Shown here: positions 1 to 7,948 of the stretch, one piece after another
Layout of the letters: the number at the start of each line of letters is the position of its first letter
How positions within the stretch are numbered: the stretch's first letter is position 1
The notes under the pieces: generated by a model
Database searches by the model: none
Seen by the model: only the letters and a program-made list of their open reading frames with translations
Told to the model about the DNA's origin: nothing
Assembly: GCF_022012395.1 (NCBI RefSeq)
Contig: NZ_JAKLTQ010000009.1
Location: 66,323-98,322, forward strand
Reading direction: 5' to 3'
Source: Arthrobacter hankyongi
Lineage (GTDB): Bacteria > Actinomycetota > Actinomycetes > Actinomycetales > Micrococcaceae
Length of the DNA: 32,000 nt
Translations under genes and position numbers: made by a program

Positions 1-641
1 GACTCGGCATCGGCCGAAAGCGAGTACTGGCGGCACTGGCGCAGCCCGTCCGGCAGGGTCACCTTGACGCTGACGAACTGGCCGGGCACGCCCGGGGTGG
101 CCGGGGTGTCGTCGGCCGGCTCGAGCACGAAGGTGGCGCAGCCGGCGCCGGCGAAGGTCTTGGCCACGACCTTCCACGGGGTCCACATCTTGTCATTGGC
201 CTGCCGGGCGTACAGGCCCTTTTCGATCTTGATCAGGGCCTCGGCCATCAGCCAGTAGACCTCGGTCCAGGCCTCGGCGATTTCGGCGGTGATCACGTCC
301 GCGAGCTCTTCGGCGATGGCCTCGAAGAGGTACTTGTAGACGATCTGGTACTGGTCCTCGGTGATGCCCAGGGAGGTGTGCTTGTGGGCGATCCGGCTGA
401 GCACCTGCTCCGGCACGGTGTCGGGGTTGGCGACCAAGTGGGAGGCGAAGGCGGCGATGGACCCGGCCAAGGCCTTCTGCTGCTCGCCGTTGCGCTGGTT
501 GGCGCGGCTGAAGAGCCCGTCCAGCAGCTCCGGGTGGGCGGCGAACATCCGCCGGTAGAAGTTGGGGGTAATGCTCCCGAGCCGCTCGCCGACCAGCGGC
601 AGGGTGGCTTCAATGATGGGACGGGATTTCTCCGAGAGCAT
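1..641 (-). CDS. hmp: Flavohemoglobin / nitric-oxide dioxygenase Hmp, N-terminal ~213 codons. The 3' end runs off the window, so it is absent from the supplied ORF track.
   Basis: My own translation from ATG 641..639 gives MLSEKSRPIIEATLPLVGERLGSITPNFYRRMFAAHPELLDGLFSRANQRNGEQQKALAGSIAAFASHL...IAHKHTSLGITEDQYQIVYKYL...PGQFVSVKV...RQYSLS. This is collinear with the E. coli Hmp globin domain and the start of the FAD domain (RxYS). An AGGAG RBS lies 5 nt upstream. GC3 bias is strong. Confidence 0.9.
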   Translation of the reverse strand, partial: MLSEKSRPIIEATLPLVGERLGSITPNFYRRMFAAHPELLDGLFSRANQRNGEQQKALAGSIAAFASHLVANPDTVPEQVLSRIAHKHTSLGITEDQYQIVYKYLFEAIAEELADVITAEIAEAWTEVYWLMAEALIKIEKGLYARQANDKMWTPWKVVAKTFAGAGCATFVLEPADDTPATPGVPGQFVSVKVTLPDGLRQCRQYSLSADAE

Positions 642-677
642 CGTTACTCCTTGAGTGGAAGGGGTGCTTACGCGCTC

Positions 678-703
678 AAAAGTAGCATTTGAAATACTGG
701 TTT
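678..703. promoter_or_regulatory. Candidate NsrR (Rrf2) operator upstream of hmp
   Basis: AT-rich imperfect palindrome aaaAGTAGCATTTgAAATACTGGttt with core AGcATTT-g-AAATaCT (6/7 pairs). It sits 37-62 nt upstream of the hmp ATG in otherwise GC-rich DNA. It resembles the published gATGyATTT-N-AAATrCATc type NsrR boxes. Confidence 0.45.
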
Positions 704-751
704 AAATCCATGTTTCTACGGCGTGTAGAAAACTTCCTTGAACTGGCGCGG

Positions 752-1201
752 TCAGGCCGGCCGGCGGGTGAGCAAGGTCACAAAAACCGGCTCCATTTGT
801 GACTGATGCGGCAGAGAGGAGACGACGAGATCGTCCAGTTCGTGGTAGAAGGCCTCGCGGGCCCGGCGCAGTGCCCCGCGCAGCCCGCAGTGGTTGTTCA
901 TCGGGCAGTCGCCGTTGGGGCTTTCGCAGTCCACCAAGTCCTCGCGCCCGTCCAGTTCGCGCAGCAGCGCGCCCACGGTCACGGCCATGCCGGCCTGGCT
1001 GATCCGCACGCCGCCGGCGCGGCCGCGCACCGCCTCGACCAGGCCGAGGGAGCGCAGCTTCAACACGGCCTTGCTGACGTGGTTGTAGGGGGTGCCGACG
1101 CCGTCGGCGATGGCCTGGGTGGTGAACAGTTCGCCCTCGGGTGCTGCGCAGAGCAGCATCAGTGCCCGCAGGCACACATCGGAGAAGGCATTGATCCGCA
1201 T
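752..1201 (-). CDS. nsrR: Rrf2-family NO-sensing transcriptional repressor NsrR
   Basis: 149 aa. Rrf2 winged-helix region (TTQAIADGVGTPYNHVSKAVLKLRSLGLVEAVRGRAGGVRI) and a C-terminal Cys triad (CESPNGDCPMNNHC) of the kind that binds the [4Fe-4S] cluster. It lies immediately upstream of hmp on the same strand. Confidence 0.85.
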   Translation of the reverse strand: MRINAFSDVCLRALMLLCAAPEGELFTTQAIADGVGTPYNHVSKAVLKLRSLGLVEAVRGRAGGVRISQAGMAVTVGALLRELDGREDLVDCESPNGDCPMNNHCGLRGALRRAREAFYHELDDLVVSSLPHQSQMEPVFVTLLTRRPA

Positions 1202-1207
1202 CAGTCA

Positions 1208-1213
1208 ATTTTA
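1208..1213 (-). promoter_or_regulatory. Candidate -10 box (TAAAAT) for a leaderless nsrR transcript
   Basis: The minus strand reads GGTAAAAT-TGACTG-ATG. The hexamer fits the actinobacterial TAnnnT consensus and ends exactly 6 nt before the nsrR ATG. No SD sequence is present, which is the typical leaderless arrangement. Confidence 0.35.
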
Positions 1214-1224
1214 CCCGTACCCCA

Positions 1225-1284
1225 AACTTGGGCGGGATAGATGCTGTTTTCGGGCTCCAAAACAGCATCTATCCCGCCCAAGTT
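1225..1284. repeat. 26-bp perfect inverted repeat (hairpin, 8-nt loop). Probably the terminator of the manB operon, and it overlaps the nsrR promoter region.
   Basis: Left arm 1225..1250 aacttgggcgggatagatgctgtttt, loop cgggctcc, right arm 1259..1284 aaaacagcatctatcccgcccaagtt, with exact reverse complementarity. It sits between the stop of the 1308..1958 gene and the nsrR start. Confidence 0.9.
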
Positions 1285-1307
1285 GCACGGAAAGGGGGCT
1301 GGGGCGG

Positions 1308-1958
1308 CTACAGGCTGCGCAGGGCCTGGTCGATCGGGGTGTCACCGTTGTTGAACGCGATGAACCTGCCCACGGTTTCGGGCATGTCCAGCACCGCGGC
1401 GGCAACGCGGGCCACGTCCTGGCGGCTGACCCGGCCCGGCGCCAGGTCCTCGCCCACCTCGATCCGGCCGGTGCCCGGGTCCAGGGTCAGCGCGCTGGGG
1501 CCCAAAATGGTCCAGGACAGGAAGGTGCCCTCCAGGTAGCTGTCCGCGGCGGCCTTGGCCTCGGCATAGGCATGGAACGGGTCCTCCCGCGGCACGCCGT
1601 GGTCCAGCCGGGCGCCGAAATAGGAGATCATCACGTACCGGGACACCCCGGCCTCCTGTGCCGCGTCCATCGAGCGGATGGCCGCGTCCCGGTCCACCGC
1701 GTAGGTGCGTGCCGGATTGCCGCCGCCGGCGCCGGCGGACCAGATCAGGGCATCGTGCCCCTCGATCCGGGTGGCCAGCTCCTCGATGCCCAGCTGTTCG
1801 ACGTCGGCAACCACCGGCGTCGCGCCCGTCCCGGCGACTTCCGCGGCATGCTCCGGGTTCCGGATCAGCGAGCTGACCTGGTGCCCCTGGCCGGACAGCA
1901 GGCGGGACAGGTGCAGGGCCACCTTGCCGTGGCCTCCGATGATGGCGATGCGGCTCAT
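1308..1958 (-). CDS. NAD(P)H-binding (atypical SDR / NmrA-like) protein
   Basis: 216 aa. N-terminal Rossmann motif IAIIGGHGKVALHL. Overall resemblance to the NAD(P)H-binding SDR_a family. ATGA overlap with the upstream gene at 1955..1958. Confidence 0.7.
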   Translation of the reverse strand: MSRIAIIGGHGKVALHLSRLLSGQGHQVSSLIRNPEHAAEVAGTGATPVVADVEQLGIEELATRIEGHDALIWSAGAGGGNPARTYAVDRDAAIRSMDAAQEAGVSRYVMISYFGARLDHGVPREDPFHAYAEAKAAADSYLEGTFLSWTILGPSALTLDPGTGRIEVGEDLAPGRVSRQDVARVAAAVLDMPETVGRFIAFNNGDTPIDQALRSL

Positions 1959-2431
1959 GCGTGGTCCCCGGTTTCTGGCCAGACGATCCGTTCCTGCGGA
2001 TCGAGGAACGGGTCGGGATAGTTCCAGTGGCCGTCGTCGTCGTGGTTATAGGGCTGCACGGCGGAGATGGCGGTGCCGTCCGCGTGCTCGACCGACATCT
2101 GCACGGCGTCCGTGTCCGAATCGGGCAGGAAGACGTCGCTGATCACCGCGATGGCCCGGAAGCCGTCGCGTTCCTGCCGGAGCACCGCGTAGAGTTCGGC
2201 GATCATCGCGTCCACATCCACCTCACCCACTTCGGCGGACTCGTCGTCCAGATCGTCCGGGGTGACGGCGATCAGCCGCAGTTCGCCGTCGACCGTGGTG
2301 GCCAGCGCCACCGGCAGGAAGGCTCCGTGTTCCAGCAGCTGTTCCTGCGCCATGCCCAGCGCGGTGCCGAACAGCGTGTCGATGTCCTCCAGCGTGCGGG
2401 GGTCGACGCCGTCCCGCCAGGAGCCGCTCAT
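1955..2431 (-). CDS. Acidic conserved hypothetical protein
   Basis: 158-aa ORF with good GC3 bias. Start/stop overlaps (ATGA) with both neighbours at 2428..2431 and 1955..1958. I recognise no motif. Confidence 0.6.
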   Translation of the reverse strand: MSGSWRDGVDPRTLEDIDTLFGTALGMAQEQLLEHGAFLPVALATTVDGELRLIAVTPDDLDDESAEVGEVDVDAMIAELYAVLRQERDGFRAIAVISDVFLPDSDTDAVQMSVEHADGTAISAVQPYNHDDDGHWNYPDPFLDPQERIVWPETGDHA

Positions 2432-3846
2432 GCCTGCTGCCTGACCAGGGCCAGGACCTGGTCGCGGATGCGTTCCATCACGGCCTGCTCCTTCGCTTCG
2501 CCGTTGTAGCGCAGGTAGGGTTCGGTGTTCGACGGGCGCAGGTTGAACCAGAAGGACCCGTCGGTGGCGGCCACGGTGGTGCCGTCCACGGTCTGGATCG
2601 ACACGTCCTGGCCCAGGCAGGCATCCAGCACCCGCTCGATGGCGGCGTCCTTGTCCGCGACGGAGGAGTTGATCTCCCCGGAGGCGAAGTAGGGCTCGTA
2701 TTCCGCGGCCAGCACCGACAGCGGCTCCTCCTGGCTGCCGAGCGCGGCGAGCACGTGCAGGGCTGCGAGCATCCCGGTATCGGCGTTGAAGAAGTCCCGG
2801 AAGTAGTAGTGCGCCGAGTGCTCCCCGCCGAAGACCGCCCCGGTTTGGGCCATCACGGCCTTGATGAACGAGTGCCCGACCCGGGTGGCCACCGGCACCC
2901 CGCCGGCGGCCGCGACCGCCTCGGGCACCGCCCGGGAGGTGATCACGTTGTGGATGACCGCCGGATGCTCCTCGCCGGCGGCCCGGACCCGGGCGATCTC
3001 GCGCACCGCCACCAGCGCGGTGATGGCGCTGGGCGAGACCGGGGCCCCGGCCTCGTCCACCACGAAGCAGCGGTCCGCGTCCCCGTCGAACGCCAGGCCC
3101 AGGTCCGCCCCGTGCGCCACCACCGCCGCCTGCAGGTCGCGAAGGTTCTCCGGCTCCAGCGGGTTGGCCGGATGGTTCGGGAACGTCCCGTCCAGCTCGA
3201 AGTACAGCGGCACGATGTCCAGCGGCAGCCCGTCCCCGAGCACCGCCGGGGCGGTCAGCCCGGCCATCCCATTGCCCGCATCGACCACCACCCTCAGCGG
3301 CCGGATCCCGGACAGGTCCACCAGGGCGCGCAGGTGCCCGGCATACCCGGCCAGCACATCGGCCTCGCCCGCGGTGCCCGGCACGATCCCCGCCGCGGCC
3401 GGATCCGGGATCCCGCCGGCCAGGTAGGCCGCCGCCGCGTCCCGGATCTCATACAGCCCGGTCTCGGCCGAGACCGGCACCGCGCCCGGACGGGCCAGCT
3501 TGATCCCGTTGTACTGCGCCGGGTTGTGGCTGGCGGTGAACACCGCCCCGGCCGCAGCCCGGATGCCGCACGCGTAGTACAGCTCGTCGGTCGAAATCCG
3601 CCCCAGCATCACCGGGTGCGCCCCGCGCGCGGCCGCCCCGGCCGCAAAGGCCCGCTCGAATTCCGGCGAGGACGGGCGCGCGTCCCCGCCCACCAGCACC
3701 TCGGCCCCGGCCAGGCCCAGCACATCCACGAACGCCGCCCCGGTCGCCTCCGCCGTCGCGGCCGTAATCGTCTCGCCGACAATGCCGCGCACGTCGTAGG
3801 CCTTGAAGGCCGTCTGGAAGGAATCGATGAGATTGGGGCTAGTCAC
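2428..3846 (-). CDS. manB: Phosphomannomutase/phosphoglucomutase (alpha-D-phosphohexomutase family)
   Basis: 472 aa. Phosphoserine loop FTASHNPAQYNGIK, Mg loop AFDGDADRCF, sugar loop GGEHSAHYYF. Confidence 0.9.
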   Translation of the reverse strand: MTSPNLIDSFQTAFKAYDVRGIVGETITAATAEATGAAFVDVLGLAGAEVLVGGDARPSSPEFERAFAAGAAARGAHPVMLGRISTDELYYACGIRAAAGAVFTASHNPAQYNGIKLARPGAVPVSAETGLYEIRDAAAAYLAGGIPDPAAAGIVPGTAGEADVLAGYAGHLRALVDLSGIRPLRVVVDAGNGMAGLTAPAVLGDGLPLDIVPLYFELDGTFPNHPANPLEPENLRDLQAAVVAHGADLGLAFDGDADRCFVVDEAGAPVSPSAITALVAVREIARVRAAGEEHPAVIHNVITSRAVPEAVAAAGGVPVATRVGHSFIKAVMAQTGAVFGGEHSAHYYFRDFFNADTGMLAALHVLAALGSQEEPLSVLAAEYEPYFASGEINSSVADKDAAIERVLDACLGQDVSIQTVDGTTVAATDGSFWFNLRPSNTEPYLRYNGEAKEQAVMERIRDQVLALVRQQA

Positions 3847-3918
3847 CGCACCAGTCTATGCAGGGCTGGCCTGTGGACAAGCCGCCCCGCTGTCGGAGCC
3901 GGCTGGGATACTGGGGGA

Positions 3919-6111
3919 ATGGCCGATTTCCAGGACACCGCCCTTCAGGACACCACCGACGCCCCGAGCACCGACAATCCACTGCGGGCGGAGGCCACGC
4001 AGATCCTCCGGCGACTGGTCGGCAATGACGCGGCGCAGTTCCATCCGGGCCAGTTCGAGGCCATCGAGGCGCTAGTGGCCGGCGGCCGTAGGGCGCTGGT
4101 GGTGCAGCGGACCGGCTGGGGCAAGTCCGCCGTGTACTTTGTCGCCAGCCTGCTGCTGCGGGCCCGCGGCGCCGGCCCTACCCTGATCGTCTCGCCGCTG
4201 CTGGCGCTGATGCGGGACCAGGTGGCCGCCGCCGAGCGCGCGGGGGTGCGGGCCGCGGCGATCAATTCGGCCAACCAGCTGGAGTGGGACGAGGTGTCCG
4301 GGCAGCTGGCGGCCGATGCCGTGGACGTGCTGCTGGTCTCCCCGGAGCGGCTGAACAATCCGCGTTTCCGCGACGAGCAGCTGCCCGAGCTGGTGCGGCG
4401 CTCGGGACTGCTGGTGGTGGACGAGGCGCACTGCATCTCGGACTGGGGGCATGACTTCCGTCCGGACTACCGGCGGATCCGGGACCTGATCGGGCAGCTG
4501 CCGGAGAGCGTGCCGGTGCTGGCCACCACTGCCACGGCCAACTCCCGGGTGGTGCATGACATCGAGGAGCAGCTCGCCGGGCGGGCTGACGCGGGCGACG
4601 GCGGCGGGCCGGCGGGGCAGGGCGTGCTCACCATCCGCGGCCCGCTGGCGCGCGAGTCGCTGCGGCTGGGCGTGCTGCGGCTGCCCAGCCCGCGGGCCCG
4701 GCTCGGCTGGCTGCTGACCCATCTGGCCGAACTGCCCGGCAGCGGCATCATCTACACGCTGACCGTCTCGGCGGCCGAGGATACCGCGCGGCTGCTGCGC
4801 GAGGCCGGACACGCGGTGCTGGCCTACACCGGACGCACCGACCCGGCGGACCGGGAGCAGGCGGAGGCCGCGCTGAAGGAGAACCGGGTCAAGGCGCTGG
4901 TGGCCACCAGCGCGCTGGGGATGGGCTTCGACAAGCCGGACCTGGGCTTCGTGGTCCATCTGGGCGCGCCCAGCTCGCCGGTGGCGTACTACCAGCAGGT
5001 GGGCCGGGCCGGGCGCGGAACGCCCAATGCGGACGTGCTGCTGCTGCCGGGTACCGAGGATCGGGAGATCTGGGAGTACTTCGCCACCGCCTCGATGCCG
5101 GACGAGGCGGTGGCGCTGGCCGTGCTGCGCGAACTGCCGGCTCCGGGCACGGTGCTGTCCGCCGCAGCGCTGGAAACCCGGGTCAACCTCAGGCGTTCCC
5201 CGCTGGAACTGCTGCTGAAGGTGCTCTCGGTGGACGGCGCGGTGCGCCGGGTGGGCGGCGGCTGGGAAGGCACCGGCATGCCGTGGACGTACGACGGCGA
5301 ACGCTACGGGCGGATCGCCCGCGCCCGGGTGGCCGAGCAGAACGCGATGCTGGACTACGAGAACACCGCCGGCTGCCGGATGGAGTTCCTGGCCCGCGAA
5401 CTGGATGACCCCGCGGCGGCCCCCTGCGGGCGCTGCGACAACTGCGCCGGCGCCTGGTACCCGCAGGCCGTGGCCGAGGAGGCCACCCGCAGCGCCGACG
5501 CATCGCTGCACCGGGCCGGGGTGGAACTCGAACCGCGGGCCATGTGGCCCTCGGGCATGGACCGGCTGGGCATCGCGGTCAAGGGCAAAATCGCCGCGGG
5601 CGAGGCGCTGTCCGCCGGCCGGGCGCTGGCCCGGCTCACGGACCTGGGCTGGGGCGGGCGGCTGCGGGAGATTTTTTCGGCGACTGCGCCGGATGCGCCG
5701 CTGGACGCGGCCACGCTGCAGGCCTGCGTGCAGGTGCTGGCACAGTGGGGCTGGACCGAGCGGCCGGTGGCGGTGGTCAGCGTGCCCTCGCGCAGCCGGC
5801 CGCAGCTGGTGGAGTCGCTGGCCCGGGGCCTGTCCGGGATCGGCCGGCTGCCCTACCTGGGCGCCCTGGCCCCGGTCAACGGCGGACCGACGGGCGGTCC
5901 CGGCGGCAACAGCGCGTTCCGGCTGGCCGGGGTCTGGGACCGGTTCGCGGTGCCCGACGGCGGCGCGGCATGGTTCGCGCAGCACCCCGGACCGGTGCTG
6001 CTGGTGGACGACCTGGCCGACAGCCGGTGGACGCTGACCGTGGCAGGCCGGGCGCTGCGAACCGCGGGGGCCACGGCGGTGCTGCCCTTCGCGCTGGCGC
6101 TGAAGGCCTGA
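3919..6111 (+). CDS. RecQ-family ATP-dependent DNA helicase of the RqlH type (helicase core, Zn-binding module, ComF/phosphoribosyltransferase-like C-terminal domain)
   Basis: The real start is ATG 3919 (MADFQDT...). The upstream part of the 1118-aa track ORF is antisense to manB. Motifs present: QRTGWGKS (Walker A), VVDEAHCISDWGHDFRPDY (DEAH), ATTATA, YYQQVGRAGR, the Cys cluster CRMEF...CGRCDNC, and a C-terminal PVLLVDDLADSRWTLTVAG (PRT-like). Confidence 0.88.
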   Translation: MADFQDTALQDTTDAPSTDNPLRAEATQILRRLVGNDAAQFHPGQFEAIEALVAGGRRALVVQRTGWGKSAVYFVASLLLRARGAGPTLIVSPLLALMRDQVAAAERAGVRAAAINSANQLEWDEVSGQLAADAVDVLLVSPERLNNPRFRDEQLPELVRRSGLLVVDEAHCISDWGHDFRPDYRRIRDLIGQLPESVPVLATTATANSRVVHDIEEQLAGRADAGDGGGPAGQGVLTIRGPLARESLRLGVLRLPSPRARLGWLLTHLAELPGSGIIYTLTVSAAEDTARLLREAGHAVLAYTGRTDPADREQAEAALKENRVKALVATSALGMGFDKPDLGFVVHLGAPSSPVAYYQQVGRAGRGTPNADVLLLPGTEDREIWEYFATASMPDEAVALAVLRELPAPGTVLSAAALETRVNLRRSPLELLLKVLSVDGAVRRVGGGWEGTGMPWTYDGERYGRIARARVAEQNAMLDYENTAGCRMEFLARELDDPAAAPCGRCDNCAGAWYPQAVAEEATRSADASLHRAGVELEPRAMWPSGMDRLGIAVKGKIAAGEALSAGRALARLTDLGWGGRLREIFSATAPDAPLDAATLQACVQVLAQWGWTERPVAVVSVPSRSRPQLVESLARGLSGIGRLPYLGALAPVNGGPTGGPGGNSAFRLAGVWDRFAVPDGGAAWFAQHPGPVLLVDDLADSRWTLTVAGRALRTAGATAVLPFALALKA

Positions 6112-6129
6112 ACAGCGGTCCGCTTTTCC

Positions 6130-6870
6130 TCAGCCGGGGCGGTCGTAGTGGGTGATGATGCTGCGCCCGGGGCCGGCGCCGCTGGCCACGGTGCTGACCC
6201 GCACGCCGTAGAGCGCGCTCAGGGCCGGTGCGGTGAGCAGCTGCTGCGCCGGCCCGGCCTGCACCCCGTCCGGGCCCATCAGCAGCACCGTGTCGGCCAG
6301 GAACAGGGCGTGGTCCGGATGGTGCGTGCTCAGCAGCAGCGTCAGCCCGTCCGAGGCCAGTTCGGCGAGCAGGGCCAGCACCCGGGCCTGGTTCTTCAGG
6401 TCCAGCCCGGTGGCCGGTTCGTCCAGCACCAGGACGGGGGCATCGGCGGCGATCGCCCGGGCAATCAGGACCAGCTGCTGTTCGCCGCCGCTGAGCGTGG
6501 GGAACGGCCGGGCCTGCAGTCCGGCCACCCCTACCCGCTCCATGGCCTGCAGCGCGGCCGCCCGGTCCGCGGCCGAGGGCGAACGGAACAGGCCCACCTG
6601 CCGCGCCCGGCCCATCAGCACCATGTCCAGGGCCGGGTAGGCAAACGTGCCGCCGCGGGCCTGGGGCACAAAGCCGACGGGACCGGCCCCGTGCACGGCA
6701 CCTTCGACCGGGGTGAGCAGGCCGGCCGCGCAGCGTACCAGCGTGGTCTTGCCGCTGCCGTTGGGGCCCAGTACCGCGGTGGCGGTGCCCGCGGCCAGCA
6801 CGCAGCTCACGCCGCGGAAGACCCAGTCCCGGCGCGGATAGTGGAAGCCGATGCCCGCCAGCTCAAGCAC
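6130..6870 (-). CDS. ABC transporter ATP-binding protein (FhuC/FecE-type, iron-chelate/cobalamin importer class)
   Basis: 246 aa. Walker A GPNGSGKTT, signature LSGGEQQ, Walker B VLVLDEP. GTG start overlaps the permease stop by 8 nt. Confidence 0.9.
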   Translation of the reverse strand: MLELAGIGFHYPRRDWVFRGVSCVLAAGTATAVLGPNGSGKTTLVRCAAGLLTPVEGAVHGAGPVGFVPQARGGTFAYPALDMVLMGRARQVGLFRSPSAADRAAALQAMERVGVAGLQARPFPTLSGGEQQLVLIARAIAADAPVLVLDEPATGLDLKNQARVLALLAELASDGLTLLLSTHHPDHALFLADTVLLMGPDGVQAGPAQQLLTAPALSALYGVRVSTVASGAGPGRSIITHYDRPG

Positions 6871-7948
6871 TGTCCCAGATCCGATCCCGGTTGCGGCGCA
6901 GCAGCAGGAAGAACACCGGGGCGCCGATCAGCGCGGTGAGCACGCCCAGCGGGATTTCCCCCGCTGTCAGGGTGCGCGCCACCGTGTCCACCGCGATGAG
7001 GTAGGCGCCGCCGAGCAGGAAGGAGACCGGCAGCAGCACCCGGTGGTCCGGCCCCACCCACATGCGCGCCAGGTGCGGGATGACCAGGCCCACCCAGGCC
7101 ACCGCGCCGCTGACGGCGACGGCCCCGGCCACAATGAGCGCGACGGAGGCCAGCACCACCCAGCGCAGCGGCCGGGGCCGCACGCCCAGCGCCGCGGCGT
7201 CGTCGTCGCCCAGCGACAGCACGTTGAGGCGCCAGCGCAGGGCCAGCAGCACCGCGGTGCCGGCCAGGACGGGGAGGGCGGCCACCAGCACCTTGGCCGA
7301 GGTGGCCGCCGCCACGCTGCCCAGCAGCCAGAACACGATGGCCGGCAGGGTGGTGAACGGATCGGCCAGGTAGACCACCAGCGAGACCAGTGCGGAGAAG
7401 AAGGACCCGATGACCACTCCGCCGAGCACCACCATGAGCATGGGGGCGCCGCCCCGGCCGGAGGTGACGAGGAAGAGCAGCCCCAGGGCCAGCAGGCCGA
7501 AGCTGAAGGCACCGGTCACCAGCAGCACCGGGCCCAGTCCCAGCAGCAGGGCCAGCGCCCCGCCGAAGGAAGCGCCGGCGGAGACGCCGATGATCTCCGG
7601 GCTGACCAGCGGATTGCGGAACAGGGCCTGCAGGGCCGCCCCGCAGAGTGACAGTCCGCCGCCGACCAGCACCGCCAGCAGGACCCGGGGCAGGCGTACC
7701 AGGAGCACGATGTTCTGCTCGGTGCCGCTGACGGCAGGGTCCGCCGGGAGCAGCCCGGCGAGCAGGATCCGGGCCACATGCCCCACCGGGACGCCGTAGC
7801 GGCCCACGGCCAGGGCCAGCAGCCCGACGCACAGCAGCAGCAGGGCGGCGGCGGCGACCGGGCCGGCCACCCGCACCCGGGCGGCTGCGGTCCCGGCCGT
7901 CGGGCCCGACACCCGGGCCGTGGCCGGGACCACCGGGTCAGGCGGCAC
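6863..7948 (-). CDS. FecCD-family ABC importer permease
   Basis: 361 aa, highly hydrophobic, about 9-10 TM segments. The FecCD-type C-terminus (GEIPLGVLTALIGAPVFFLLL) is present. GTG start at 7948 overlaps the binding-protein stop, and the true start could lie further downstream. Confidence 0.85.
   Translation of the reverse strand: MPPDPVVPATARVSGPTAGTAAARVRVAGPVAAAALLLLCVGLLALAVGRYGVPVGHVARILLAGLLPADPAVSGTEQNIVLLVRLPRVLLAVLVGGGLSLCGAALQALFRNPLVSPEIIGVSAGASFGGALALLLGLGPVLLVTGAFSFGLLALGLLFLVTSGRGGAPMLMVVLGGVVIGSFFSALVSLVVYLADPFTTLPAIVFWLLGSVAAATSAKVLVAALPVLAGTAVLLALRWRLNVLSLGDDDAAALGVRPRPLRWVVLASVALIVAGAVAVSGAVAWVGLVIPHLARMWVGPDHRVLLPVSFLLGGAYLIAVDTVARTLTAGEIPLGVLTALIGAPVFFLLLRRNRDRIWDSA

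Noticed and set aside
2755-3918. The N-terminal 388 codons of the 1118-aa plus-strand ORF (2755..6111)
   Set aside because: This stretch is antisense to the clearly recognisable phosphomannomutase gene and is Arg/Pro/Gly-rich junk. RecQ homology begins only at ATG 3919. It is a run-through ORF typical of high-GC DNA.
4072-5985. A 637-aa minus-strand ORF
   Set aside because: It is antisense to the RecQ helicase, which carries all the canonical motifs. The translation is low-complexity Arg/Gly/Pro/Gln with no motif. It is a GC-content artefact.
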